Source: a virus (taxonomy: Duplodnaviria; Caudoviricetes). Taken from it: a stretch of 55,514 nt of DNA. Of this stretch, positions 8,715 to 18,484 are shown piece by piece. Position 1 is the first letter of the stretch. Each line of letters begins with the position of its first letter. Position numbers and translations under genes: made by a program. The stretch covers positions 1 to 55,514 of the IMG/VR virus record IMGVR_UViG_3300036781_000044; one strand, given 5' to 3'. The notes below the pieces were generated by a model. It did no database searches, was not told the DNA's origin, and saw only the letters and a program-made list of their open reading frames with translations.

Positions 8715-9860
8715 TTAACGAAGTCGTTTGGGTGACGCCGCGCTCGTGACTGCGCGGCGTCCGAGTGTCATCGCATTCGCCGCCGCTTTGCCGCGGGCGA
8801 CGCCTTCACTGTTCGTGCTTCGACCACTGCTCAGCGCGTTCGCGCCGCTACGACGCGACTTGAACTTGTCGTCGATATAGCTCTTGACGCGCGTCAGCGC
8901 GCCGTCGAGTCGAATCAACGCCTGTGACTCGCTGCCTGCAGGCAAATCGACGACGACTTCTGCGACGGCGGCTTTACGTGCGTCGTCGAAACGCTCTGCG
9001 ATGCGCTGTGTGAACGACGTGAGCCACGATTCACGAAAGCCGTTGACACCCTTCCAGTGTCCGTCGCGCTTGAAGCACTCGTGGCCGTAGCGGTACTTCT
9101 CTTTGATGCTCATCGTGTTCGCGGCAGGGATGAGCGTGCCGAAGACGTATTCAGCGACCATCGCATGGCTGCGCGTGCCGACGAACCAGATTTGATTACT
9201 GCCTGGGCGCAGCAAGAACGAGCAGAGATGCGCTTTCGCGACGATGCGCGCGAGGGCTTCTTGCCACGCGACGCGCGTTTTCTTCGCATCAATCGCATAC
9301 TTCGACAAATCTACCCGAAGCTCGACGATCGGATCGTCGTCAGCCGCACGCGCGTAGTCGAGATCGCTGGGACGCAGTTCATATTCGACCAACATGCGAT
9401 TGATCGCGGAGGCGAACGCCTCAGCCGCCTCAGTGTTGCCTAGCTCAGCTTCGCTCTGACGCGCACGCTGCATTTTGACAAGCTTGTCGATGATCTTCGC
9501 TTTGTGATCGGGCGTGCGAAGATTGTCCATCGCTTGCACAAGTTCCATGAAGAACTCGTGAAACGCGGCACCGTGATTCAGGTGCTTCAAGTGCGCGAGT
9601 TCGTGTGCCGCTGTGCGCCAGACGTCTTCTGGCGAGCGCGGATGCTCGACGAACTGTCCGTCGACCGTCGCGCGCATGACAAGCTCGATCTCGCCTGTCG
9701 AAAAACAGCGACCGAGAAAATCAGACATGCCCGCTTTCGGCATGTGCGCAGGGCGAATGCTCTTGAGCGGCAGCGCGTAGCGCGTCGCGATCGTGCGCAT
9801 CGCGTCAGCGACTTCGTTGAAGAATAGCAAGTCGTCGGGATGCAGATTCGGGATGCTCAT
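8715..9860 (-). CDS. zincin metalloprotease-like (HELAH) + DUF2786-like protein
   Basis: AAHELAHL..LNHG..F; KIIDKLVKM...EAAEAFA..INRMLVEY. Confidence 0.7.
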   Translation of the reverse strand: MSIPNLHPDDLLFFNEVADAMRTIATRYALPLKSIRPAHMPKAGMSDFLGRCFSTGEIELVMRATVDGQFVEHPRSPEDVWRTAAHELAHLKHLNHGAAFHEFFMELVQAMDNLRTPDHKAKIIDKLVKMQRARQSEAELGNTEAAEAFASAINRMLVEYELRPSDLDYARAADDDPIVELRVDLSKYAIDAKKTRVAWQEALARIVAKAHLCSFLLRPGSNQIWFVGTRSHAMVAEYVFGTLIPAANTMSIKEKYRYGHECFKRDGHWKGVNGFRESWLTSFTQRIAERFDDARKAAVAEVVVDLPAGSESQALIRLDGALTRVKSYIDDKFKSRRSGANALSSGRSTNSEGVARGKAAANAMTLGRRAVTSAASPKRLR

Positions 9861-10063
9861 CGCGCACCGCCTTGAAGCTGAGTGAGCGTCTGACGACGCA
9901 GCGCAGCGCGCACGCGGGACGACATCGCGCGTGTCTGCTCGACGGCGCCCCACAGGGCGCGCATGTGTGTATCGAACGTCTGACGTGAGATGAGACCGCG
10001 CATGTAGCGGTCAGACGTGCTGTTGAGCGCGGCGACGAACTGCGACGACGTTGGGCGCTTCAT
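9857..10063 (-). CDS. hypothetical protein
   Basis: ATGA-coupled on both sides. Confidence 0.55.
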   Translation of the reverse strand: MKRPTSSQFVAALNSTSDRYMRGLISRQTFDTHMRALWGAVEQTRAMSSRVRAALRRQTLTQLQGGAR

Positions 10064-10296
10064 GGCAGCACCACGACGTAAAGCGTTCCGCGCTGATCAT
10101 CGTAGAGGGCTGAGAAGTGCTTGCGCGCTGCGAGCTTCGCTTCGCTGTAACTGCCGTTGTGCCAGAACACGAACTGAAGATAGTCGGGACGATTTACGTG
10201 CCGGTCTTCGCAGAATGCCCAGTTGCCCTGTCCGCGCGGCGCGCGTCCTGACTCTGAGTGTCGCTCATACATCGCGGTGTCGAATTTGACGTTCAC
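10060..10296 (-). CDS. hypothetical early protein
   Basis: GTG start with AAAGGAG RBS just downstream of a promoter. Confidence 0.6.
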   Translation of the reverse strand: MNVKFDTAMYERHSESGRAPRGQGNWAFCEDRHVNRPDYLQFVFWHNGSYSEAKLAARKHFSALYDDQRGTLYVVVLP

Positions 10297-10339
10297 AATG
10301 ACTCCTTTGTTGTGCGTATCGTTGCGCACGAACAGATAG

Positions 10340-10368
10340 AGCTTACAGGACGAAAAAACGAAATGCAA
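10340..10368 (-). promoter_or_regulatory. sigma70-like early promoter
   Basis: TTGCAT-N17-TAAGCT. Confidence 0.65.
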
Positions 10369-10385
10369 GCCTCTTTTTTGACGTC

Positions 10386-10418
10386 ACGGTAAGTGCTTGA
10401 TTATCAAGCACTTACCGT
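10386..10418. promoter_or_regulatory. perfect palindrome containing back-to-back IHF consensus sites
   Basis: ACGGTAAGTGCTTGAT-T-ATCAAGCACTTACCGT; both strands match WATCAANNNNTTR. Confidence 0.65.
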
Positions 10419-11014
10419 CAGTCTCTCGGGTCGCTCGGCCAGATGGACGCGTAGTGGGCCGGCACGACCACCGCCGGCGGATGCTCGACAATGCGCACGG
10501 GCACGACGCGATCCCGTCCTGTCTGCGTATCGAACTCGCGAAACGCGATCCGCCCGTCAGTCGTGCGCGACTTGCACGACGGATCGATCACGTCCCACTG
10601 CGCTTGTGTGATCAGGTACATACAGATGCTCCTCGATTTGACGCTGACGACGGAGCATGAACTCATAGAAGCGATTGCACGACGCAATGTGAAACTGTTC
10701 GTGCCAGAACTCGTCGTCGCGTCGCTGCTCGTCGTGCGTCATGTCGCACGCTATTACACGATCCATGCCCACTGCGCGATCTGCAAAAACATTGAGTGTT
10801 TCCTACCGATCCGCATCCCGTCACGTGCCGATCTCGTCGTCGCGCTGACAGTCTTGTCGTGCGGCGCAGAAGCTTACACGACAACAAAGACACCTGCAAA
10901 TCTGCGCGTATCAGACGCATATCTCGTTCAGTGAACCGGAATAGCACAAGATAGTCATTGACAACAATGAAAAATTGTGAGGCAGTCCCTGGTCGATACA
11001 GCGAAACTCTGTCG

Positions 11015-11043
11015 TTGACTACAGCGATCAACTGAGCTAGTCT
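11015..11043 (+). promoter_or_regulatory. sigma70-like promoter for YozE/primase
   Basis: TTGACT-N17-TAGTCT. Confidence 0.5.
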
Positions 11044-11167
11044 GCGCAGCGCGCGTGGTGTGTGCTGACAATCTCAGCCCGCCGCAAGCATGTCGGCAGA
11101 CTGCCCTGCTGACGTGGCCACTCGCGTCCATTCACATTGCTTCACGGCAGAGGGAGCGACTCCACAC

Positions 11168-11398
11168 GTGTTTCCATTGTTTTTCGACTGGCTGTCACGC
11201 CAGTCTAGCCGCAATGACGACGTAGGCGCGTTCGCGCGCTACGCACTCAAAGACAAACTCTTCCCACGACGTAAGAAGCATCTGTATTACGTCTTGCTCA
11301 GATACGAAGGACTCCCCGCATTGCGCACGCAAGCGAAGCGAGCGCACGCAGAATATCGCGCCGCGCGAAAATCCGCGATCCACGGAGCCGTGTCATGA
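11168..11398 (+). CDS. YozE/SAM-like domain protein
   Basis: FFDWL..Q..RNDDVG.FAR....D..FP; start uncertain (ORF track gives 11090). Confidence 0.65.
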   Translation: MFPLFFDWLSRQSSRNDDVGAFARYALKDKLFPRRKKHLYYVLLRYEGLPALRTQAKRAHAEYRAARKSAIHGAVS

Positions 11399-13521
11399 GT
11401 CGCGAACTCGTCCAATCGTTCTTGGATGACGGGTTCAAAATCTGCGTCTGGGCGCAGATCGGGTATCAGAAAGGTCCACTGCTGAAAGAGTGGCAGCTAA
11501 AGACCTACACGATCGACGACTACAAAGACGGCAATCGCGTCGGGCTCGTCACCGGCGTCGAGATCGCCTCCGGCAAGTTCGTGCATGACGTCGATATCGA
11601 CTGGGCCCCCGGCAGTATCGTCGCGCAATATCTCTTGCCGCCGACAGAGTTCGTGTATGGACGCCCAAGCAAACGCATCTCGCATTGCTTTTACACGACG
11701 TCAGAAGCGATTCCGTGTCAAGAATACAAAGACATTGACGGCAACATGCTCATCGAGCTTCGCGGCACGAAACTCGACGGCTCGATTGGCAAACAGAGCA
11801 TGGCGCCGCCGTCGATCTGGACCGACAAAAACGATCTGACGAAGCATGAACCGCTCGGGTTCGTCAAGCGCGGAACACCCGCACACGTAGAGCCTCCCTC
11901 GTATCTCAAGCAGCGCGTCTGTTTGGCCGCGATTGCGATGCTCTTGAGCAAGCATCTCGGCCGGCACGGTTTCGGACACGATGCGCGTCTCTGCTGGGCG
12001 GGCTTCCTGTTACGCGCCGGGCTCAGTGTTGACGAGCTTGTGACGATGGGCGAAGCGATCTCCGCCTATTGCGAGAATCGCGAAGTGAGCGACGTGCGCT
12101 TAGTGCTTGACAGCACGTCGAAGAATCTGGCGACGAAAGACGCCGCGCTGACGAAGAAAGTCAAAGGCGGCCCCGCGCTTGCGAAACTACTAGGCGATAA
12201 AGGCAAACTCATCATCAAGCGTATCAATGAGTGGCTCGGTCGCGACAGTGATTTCATTCGCAACGCGGAAGGCAAGATTCTGCACGACAATCAAGAGAAT
12301 ATTCGACGTGCGATCAACATGCTCGGCGTCGATCTCAGCTACAACGAGTTCAGCGATAAGCTGTTGATCAACCGGGTGAAAGCCATGGAGGACCGCGAAC
12401 TCACCGAATTGTGGCTGCACATTGACAGTGAGTATCGCTTCCGCCCGTCGTATGCGTTTTTCGAGAAAGTCGTCAAGAAACTCGCATGGGAAAACCCGTT
12501 CCACCCGGTCAAAGACTATCTCGCGACGCTCACGTGGGACGGCATCCCACGCATTGACGATTGGCTCGTCGTCGCCGCTGGCGCTGACGACACGAAATAC
12601 ACACGTGCCGTCGGTGCGATGACACTCCTAGCCGCAGTCCGTCGCGTGAAGCATCCCGGCTGTAAGTATGACGAGCTTCTTGTGCTCGAAAGCGGGCAAG
12701 GCCTATTCAAATCGACGGCGTTGCGCACGCTCTGTCCGCAGAATGAGTGGTTCTCAGACGATCTCCCGCTGAACGTGACGTCACAGCGCATGATTGAATC
12801 GACGATCGGCAAGTGGATCATTGAAGCGAGCGAACTTTCAGGTATGCGACAGTCGCTCTTAGAGCAGCTAAAGAGCACACTGTCACGTCAAGTCGATGGG
12901 CCCGCCCGTATGGCGTATGCCCACTTACCTGTCGAGCGTCCGCGTCAATTCATCATGATCGGCACGACGAACTCGTCAGAGTATCTGATCGATCAGACAG
13001 GTGCGCGTCGGTTCTTGCCGATGAAGATCAAAAAGTTTGACATTGCGTGGTTGCTTGCAAATCGTGATCAACTGTGGGCAGAAGCGAGCGCCCGCGAAGC
13101 GACCGGCGCGTCAATCAGACTGCCTGAAGAACTGTGGAAAGACGCTGCCGAGCAGCAAGAAAAGCGACGTGAGATCGACGCATGGGAAGACACGATCACG
13201 CATGCGGTGCAAGATACACCAGAGTTTCACGACTATCGTGACGGAAAGTCACGCGTCATTACAGACAGACTATGGACCGCGCTCAACGAGACGCGCAAAG
13301 ATCGTCTCGGTCAGCATCGCATCGCACAAATTATGCAGCGTCTTGGCTTCGCGCCGACGACGATCAAGCATGACAACAAGACGTACCGAGGCTATATCAG
13401 TAAAGAGCGTGATTGGCTTGAGCACTGGAAAATCAAAGAAGCCTCGATACACCATGGCGAAGATGCACACGAGCAAGTGACGCGTCAGCCTGGAGACGAA
13501 GACGAAGACGTGCCTTTCTGA
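11395..13521 (+). CDS. primase (prim-pol) / VapE(VirE)-type helicase
   Basis: N-terminal GL.TG...DVDID, H.FY, ELRG...Q...PPS; C-terminal PGCKYD...LESGQGLFKST, IGTTN, GARRF, RDQLWAEA. Confidence 0.88.
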   Translation: MSRELVQSFLDDGFKICVWAQIGYQKGPLLKEWQLKTYTIDDYKDGNRVGLVTGVEIASGKFVHDVDIDWAPGSIVAQYLLPPTEFVYGRPSKRISHCFYTTSEAIPCQEYKDIDGNMLIELRGTKLDGSIGKQSMAPPSIWTDKNDLTKHEPLGFVKRGTPAHVEPPSYLKQRVCLAAIAMLLSKHLGRHGFGHDARLCWAGFLLRAGLSVDELVTMGEAISAYCENREVSDVRLVLDSTSKNLATKDAALTKKVKGGPALAKLLGDKGKLIIKRINEWLGRDSDFIRNAEGKILHDNQENIRRAINMLGVDLSYNEFSDKLLINRVKAMEDRELTELWLHIDSEYRFRPSYAFFEKVVKKLAWENPFHPVKDYLATLTWDGIPRIDDWLVVAAGADDTKYTRAVGAMTLLAAVRRVKHPGCKYDELLVLESGQGLFKSTALRTLCPQNEWFSDDLPLNVTSQRMIESTIGKWIIEASELSGMRQSLLEQLKSTLSRQVDGPARMAYAHLPVERPRQFIMIGTTNSSEYLIDQTGARRFLPMKIKKFDIAWLLANRDQLWAEASAREATGASIRLPEELWKDAAEQQEKRREIDAWEDTITHAVQDTPEFHDYRDGKSRVITDRLWTALNETRKDRLGQHRIAQIMQRLGFAPTTIKHDNKTYRGYISKERDWLEHWKIKEASIHHGEDAHEQVTRQPGDEDEDVPF

Positions 13522-13524
13522 CGT

Positions 13525-13830
13525 CAGAGTGACAGAAGGTCACACTTGCATTTCTGTCGTCGGCACGTGTAAATCGAGTGTGCGCAAGCAGTTCCGGCGA
13601 AAAAACGCGGTCACAGATAACAGTAACACACGCGATCTCAGGACCCTACCGGACCCTTTTCCAGTCTCACTGTTCCTATTCAGTCCTATACCTACTGTTA
13701 TAACTGTTACCAGTGTTACCAGGTGGGAAGTGACTGACTGCAAAAGACTTGGGCGGTCACACTCGGAGTCACAGAAGTTTTGAGAGTGTGACGTCACAGA
13801 GTAACAGTCGTAACACTTGTGTGGCAAGAC
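13525..13830. repeat. putative replication origin with GT(A/C)ACA repeats
   Basis: Non-coding gap after the primase gene with many GTCACA/GTAACA/TGTTAC copies in both orientations. Confidence 0.5.
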
Positions 13831-13910
13831 TTTCGGAGATTGCTTGCTATTCTACGCTCGTCGTGATAAGTCGTTGCGCTCTGCCTGCCTGCTGTGTTAT
13901 TTTTCGCCGC

Positions 13911-14501
13911 GTGAGTGAGCAGCTAGACGACATTGAAGCGAAGCTAGAGCAAGAACGCCCATTGACCGCTCGTCAGCGCGCGTTTGTCGCTGAATATTTG
14001 CTTGATCTGAACGCGACGCAAGCGGCGATTCGCGCAGGCTATAGTGCCGCGAATGCGCAAGCGATCAGTTCGCATCTCGTCGCTGACGCGCGCATTGCGC
14101 AAGCGATCGAACGTGGCAAAGCGCAGCGCAGCAAGCGTCTTGACATCAAGCAAGAAGACATCTTGACTGAGCTAAGCGCGTTGGCTAACTCACGCGTCGA
14201 TCACTATCTCATCGACGACGACGGCAACGTGAGACTCGCGCCAGGCGCGCCAGACAATGCGATGGCGGCGATTGAGTCGATTGATCGTCGTAAGACGGTG
14301 CGTGAAAGCAAAGACGGCGATATCTCGATTACCTACGACGTCAAAATCAAGCTCCACGATAAGCCGCGTCAGCTACACTTGCTTGGGCGGCATATCGGGA
14401 TGTTCCCCAACAAGATCGAAGTCACCGGCAAGAACGGTGGCGCGATCGAGCATGTGACACGTATCGAACAGGTCATCGTTGACCCAAAGGAGACGCCATG
14501 A
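13911..14501 (+). CDS. terS: terminase small subunit
   Basis: LTARQRAFVAEYLLDLNATQAAIRAGYS; KLHDK...L.LLGRHIGMF. Confidence 0.92.
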   Translation: MSEQLDDIEAKLEQERPLTARQRAFVAEYLLDLNATQAAIRAGYSAANAQAISSHLVADARIAQAIERGKAQRSKRLDIKQEDILTELSALANSRVDHYLIDDDGNVRLAPGAPDNAMAAIESIDRRKTVRESKDGDISITYDVKIKLHDKPRQLHLLGRHIGMFPNKIEVTGKNGGAIEHVTRIEQVIVDPKETP

Positions 14502-14689
14502 GTCTGCTGACACTGATCCTCGTGATTGTCGCGCTCGGCATACTGCTGTGGTTGCTGCAGTCAGCGCCATTCATCTCGGCGGACGTCAAACCGTTTCTCC
14601 GGTGGATTTTTCTCGCGCTGATCGTGCTTGTGATTCTGCAAGCCCTTGGCGTGCTGACTGTGCTGCAGACAACGCGCATAGGGAGATAA
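14498..14689 (+). CDS. small two-TM membrane protein
   Basis: Two hydrophobic segments; AAGGAG RBS. Confidence 0.7.
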   Translation: MSLLTLILVIVALGILLWLLQSAPFISADVKPFLRWIFLALIVLVILQALGVLTVLQTTRIGR

Positions 14690-14690
14690 C

Positions 14691-14948
14691 GTGCCGCTTT
14701 ACGATTTGCGTTGCGCGCGTTGCGGTGTCGTGCGAGAAAAGCTCTATCCGTCGTACCGCGCGATGCGTGAAGAGTCAGGCGACGCGCTTGAATGCGGCAT
14801 TGACGGCTGCAAGGGTTATCTTGAGGTTCTGCCTTCGATGCCGTCGTTTGTTGTCAACGGGTTCAGCAACAAGAACGGGTATTCAGGAGGACAAACGTAT
14901 GAAGTCAAAGTGAAAGAGAAAGACATGCGTGTTGTCGTTAAGTCGTAG
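14691..14948 (+). CDS. FmdB-family zinc ribbon protein
   Basis: MPLYDLRC..CG...C....C.G. Confidence 0.7.
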   Translation: MPLYDLRCARCGVVREKLYPSYRAMREESGDALECGIDGCKGYLEVLPSMPSFVVNGFSNKNGYSGGQTYEVKVKEKDMRVVVKS

Positions 14949-14964
14949 CGTGCGACGCTAACTC

Positions 14965-16404
14965 ATGGGTCGCACGCTACGTATCGAGCACGCCCGTGTG
15001 TATCTGCCGTTTCTTCAACCGATGCGCTATAAGGGCGCGCATGGCGGACGCGGCAGCGGCAAGTCACATGCATTCGCAAAGCTTGCGATCCAAAAGTGCA
15101 TCACGCGACCTAGCACGCGAATCGTCTGCGTGCGTGAAGTGCAGAACTCGCTGGAGCAATCGGTCAAACGTCTATTAGAAGATACCCTCACTGAGTTTGG
15201 ACTAGGCGAATCTGACGGCTTTCGTGTCTTGAACTCTCACATTGAAACGCCAGGCGATGGCATCATGATTTTTCAAGGCATGCAGAATCATACAAACGAT
15301 AGCATCAAGTCGTTAGAAGGGTATGACGTCGCATGGGTCGAAGAAGCGCAATCGATTAGCGAACGATCGTTGCAGTTACTTCGACCAACCATCCGTAAAG
15401 AGACGTGCCGTTGGTGTTGGTGTAACTCTGAACGCGACGCTGACGCAACGTGTCCTAGCGTGCTGAGTCCAGACGGTAAGCATCTTTTCGACCCGTCTGA
15501 GATTTGGCTTAGCTGGAACCCGCGCTCACCGAAAGATCCCGTCGATGTCATGATGCGAGGGAAGAACAAATATCCTGAGTCAATCACGATAGGGACGACG
15601 TATCGAGACAATCCGTGGTTTCCTAACGTGCTACTCAAAGAAATGGAGTGGGATCGTCAGACTGATCCAGACAAATACGCGCACGTGTGGCTCGGCGGCT
15701 ATGAGATTCACCCCGACTCACGCGTCTTCAAGAACGTGCGTGTAGAAGAGTTCGTCACGCCGCCCAATACGCAGTTTCAGACTGGCGCTGACTGGGGATT
15801 CAGCATTGATCCTGCGACGCTTGTGCGCTGCTTTGAGTCATTGCGGAATCCTGCGACAGGCGAACTATGGCCACGTAAGCGACTCTACATCGATCGCGAT
15901 CTCTATCAAGTCGGCGTCGAGATCGATCACTTGCCGTCGTTCTTCGATGGCCTTGTGTGTGGGTGCAAGATTAACCCTGCGCAAGCGTTGACGCCATACA
16001 CAATGATCGTTCCACCTACGTGCAAAGCGCCTGCCGAGCATGGCTGCATGCGACGTTGGCCGATTGTTGCGGACTCTGCGCGCCCTGAGACGATCAGCTT
16101 TCTACGTCGTCACGGCTATACGCGCATTGAGGCCGCGAAGAAGGGCCAGAACTCTGTCAAAGAAGGTGTCTTGTTTTTGCAAGGGTATGAAATCATCATT
16201 CATCCTCGCTGCATGAATGCGATTGACGAGTTTTCGACGTATAGCTATGTCACAGAAGAAGTCGTCGATTCTGTGACTGGGCTATTGACTGAACGTCCGT
16301 TGCCGTTGTTTCAAGACAAGAAGAATCACATTATCGACCCAGCACGTTACGCCGTCGAGCAGCTACGCGGCGTGATGCGTGTGCGGGAGTCGCAGTGGGG
16401 CTAA
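14965..16404 (+). CDS. terL: terminase large subunit (PBSX family)
   Basis: GGRGSGKS, WVEEAQ, LRPTIR, GADWGF, ADSARPE, NHIIDPARYA. Confidence 0.95.
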   Translation: MGRTLRIEHARVYLPFLQPMRYKGAHGGRGSGKSHAFAKLAIQKCITRPSTRIVCVREVQNSLEQSVKRLLEDTLTEFGLGESDGFRVLNSHIETPGDGIMIFQGMQNHTNDSIKSLEGYDVAWVEEAQSISERSLQLLRPTIRKETCRWCWCNSERDADATCPSVLSPDGKHLFDPSEIWLSWNPRSPKDPVDVMMRGKNKYPESITIGTTYRDNPWFPNVLLKEMEWDRQTDPDKYAHVWLGGYEIHPDSRVFKNVRVEEFVTPPNTQFQTGADWGFSIDPATLVRCFESLRNPATGELWPRKRLYIDRDLYQVGVEIDHLPSFFDGLVCGCKINPAQALTPYTMIVPPTCKAPAEHGCMRRWPIVADSARPETISFLRRHGYTRIEAAKKGQNSVKEGVLFLQGYEIIIHPRCMNAIDEFSTYSYVTEEVVDSVTGLLTERPLPLFQDKKNHIIDPARYAVEQLRGVMRVRESQWG

Positions 16405-16406
16405 GT

Positions 16407-16733
16407 ATGGATCTGCCTGAGTCTTACGACGAGTTTAAGACGCGTTTTCGTGACGCGCAAGAACACGACGCATGCGATCTGAACTCGGGACGTGGGATGC
16501 CGTGCCCGTTCTGTGCGGCGCCTGGGTTTACGACGTATCCGATTTTCGATCACGAGGCTAAGAAGCTCCCGCATCCGCCGTTGTTCTGCGCAGAATGCAA
16601 GCGGATTGCGTTATTCATTTTTGAGTGTCGCGAACTCGCACCAAACGTGCATGAGACGCACTTTGGTGTATTGCAAGTCAGTGGTCCAGTGCAACCTAAG
16701 TGGTTAGTTCCTTCGATTGGATGGGTTCAATAA
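16407..16733 (+). CDS. zinc-finger hypothetical protein
   Basis: CPFC...CAEC. Confidence 0.5.
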   Translation: MDLPESYDEFKTRFRDAQEHDACDLNSGRGMPCPFCAAPGFTTYPIFDHEAKKLPHPPLFCAECKRIALFIFECRELAPNVHETHFGVLQVSGPVQPKWLVPSIGWVQ

Positions 16734-18196
16734 TGCCGGTTGATACGCCGCGTGCTGATTACTCCGCGATGCTGCCGAAGTGGCAGCGTCTCCGCGATTG
16801 CTTCGATGGACGTGACGCGATCTTGGCACGTGGGCCCGTCTATGCGCCTGACTTACCAGGTGCGGACAAAGCCGCGAATCTCGCGTATCGACTGCGCGGG
16901 AACTTTTACAACGCGACGTCGCGCACAGTCGGCGGCATGAATGGGATGATTTTTCAAGAGTCCCCCAACGTCACGATCCCTGAGAGTGAGAGTGCGCTAC
17001 TCGACGACATTACGTTGACGAACGTCTCTTTTGAGTCGTTCTCAACGATGGTGGGCTCCGAAATTTTCACGATGGGACGTTACGGCGCGCTCATCGACAT
17101 GCCGACGCAGCCGACTGAAGCTGGCGCGCTGCAGCGTCCCGACGTCGATATGCGCCCTTACGCCATCGCGTATCGTGCAGAAGACATCGTGAATTGGCGC
17201 ACCGAGCGTCGCGGCGGCGATCAAGTGCTGACGATGGTCGTCTTGCGTGAGATCGTCGAGATTCAAGACGCTGAAGACGCGTTCAAACTCAAGCAAATTT
17301 GCCAGTATCGCGTCGTTATGCTGAACGGTACCTCATGCGTCGTGCAGTTGTGGCGCGAAAGCACTGAAGAATCGAAAGAGTATCGCAAGTTCAGTGAAAC
17401 GACGTTGATGCGACGCGGCGAAGCGTTGAGCTTTGTGCCGTTCGTTTTCTTCGGCCCGTTGTCGCCGTCTCCCGATCTTGCTGCACCGCCGTTGATCGAT
17501 CTCGCTGACGTAAATCTTGGACACTGGCGAAACTCAGTCGATTACGAACATGGATTGCATCTCGTCGCGCTGCCCACGCCATGGCAAGCTGGCGGCAAGG
17601 GTGGACCTGACGACGGCCCAAAGAAAATGGGGCCGTCAGTCGTCTGGGAATTGGAAGTCAACGGTAGCGCCGGCATGCTCGAATTTACGGGCGCTGGCCT
17701 TGACGCGATTGCGGCGGCGATGGAGGAAAAGAAAAAGCAGATGGCGACTCTTGGTGCGCGTCTGCTTGAAGACGCGCCAACGGTGGGCGAGACGGCTAGC
17801 GCGGTGAAACTGCGACACAGCGGAGAAACGGCGTCGCTGAAGACAATCGCGCAGAGTTTGGAAGAAGGGCTTGTCCAAATGCTGCAAATTTGCTTGTGGT
17901 GGCAAACGACTGAAGCGAAGCCCGCTGACGTCGAAGCGGAAGTGGAACTCAACAAAGAATATCTGAACGTGCGCGCGACGCCGCAAGAAATTCAAGTCGC
18001 GTTGACCGCCCTGCAAGCGGGTGAGATGAGTTTCGAGACATGGTGGAACCTGCTCACGACCGGCGGCTGGGCGCGCGAGGGTGTTGACGCCGATCAAGAG
18101 CAGAAAGACATCGCGAAACGCAAGGTCGATGTTACGCCGCCAGATCCAAATCTCGACCCGAACTTGAACCCGAACCCGGTGCCGCCGCAACGATGA
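16733..18196 (+). CDS. portal protein (DUF4055 type)
   Basis: Follows terL; RG.FYNAT.RTV, PPLIDLA.VNL.HWR.S.DYEHGLH. Confidence 0.88.
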   Translation: MPVDTPRADYSAMLPKWQRLRDCFDGRDAILARGPVYAPDLPGADKAANLAYRLRGNFYNATSRTVGGMNGMIFQESPNVTIPESESALLDDITLTNVSFESFSTMVGSEIFTMGRYGALIDMPTQPTEAGALQRPDVDMRPYAIAYRAEDIVNWRTERRGGDQVLTMVVLREIVEIQDAEDAFKLKQICQYRVVMLNGTSCVVQLWRESTEESKEYRKFSETTLMRRGEALSFVPFVFFGPLSPSPDLAAPPLIDLADVNLGHWRNSVDYEHGLHLVALPTPWQAGGKGGPDDGPKKMGPSVVWELEVNGSAGMLEFTGAGLDAIAAAMEEKKKQMATLGARLLEDAPTVGETASAVKLRHSGETASLKTIAQSLEEGLVQMLQICLWWQTTEAKPADVEAEVELNKEYLNVRATPQEIQVALTALQAGEMSFETWWNLLTTGGWAREGVDADQEQKDIAKRKVDVTPPDPNLDPNLNPNPVPPQR

Positions 18197-18280
18197 GCCG
18201 CAAGAACGAAGTCAACCAGAATCCGTGGGGCTATTTTCAGCCCGTTTTACCCGCGCGCAAGCGCCGCAGAAAGGTACAGC

Positions 18281-18484
18281 ATGAACGTCGTCGCCCAGCT
18301 AGTGATCACACTCGACGAATCCGGAAACGTCGGCATCAACGGCCCACTTGAAAATCGGTTGCTGTGCTTTGGCATGATGGAAATGGCCAAAGACGGCATC
18401 AACAAGAAGCACGACGCCGATCAGAAACGCATCGTGCAAGTCGCGCCAGGGACGACGTTGCGCCCAGTGCCGCCGCAGTCATGA
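18281..18484 (+). CDS. hypothetical protein
   Basis: 67 aa with AAAGG RBS. Confidence 0.6.
   Translation: MNVVAQLVITLDESGNVGINGPLENRLLCFGMMEMAKDGINKKHDADQKRIVQVAPGTTLRPVPPQS

Noticed and set aside
10386-10418. att or dif recombination site
   Set aside because: No integrase was found, the 1-nt centre does not fit Xer/Int core spacing, and the IHF consensus plus promoter context explains it better
10418-11031. Several overlapping small ORFs on both strands
   Set aside because: No recognisable motifs and the frames conflict, so I cannot tell which are real
13529-13827. ORFs 13529-13783 (+) and 13540-13827 (-)
   Set aside because: The Val/Thr-rich translations simply reflect the GT(A/C)ACA repeats
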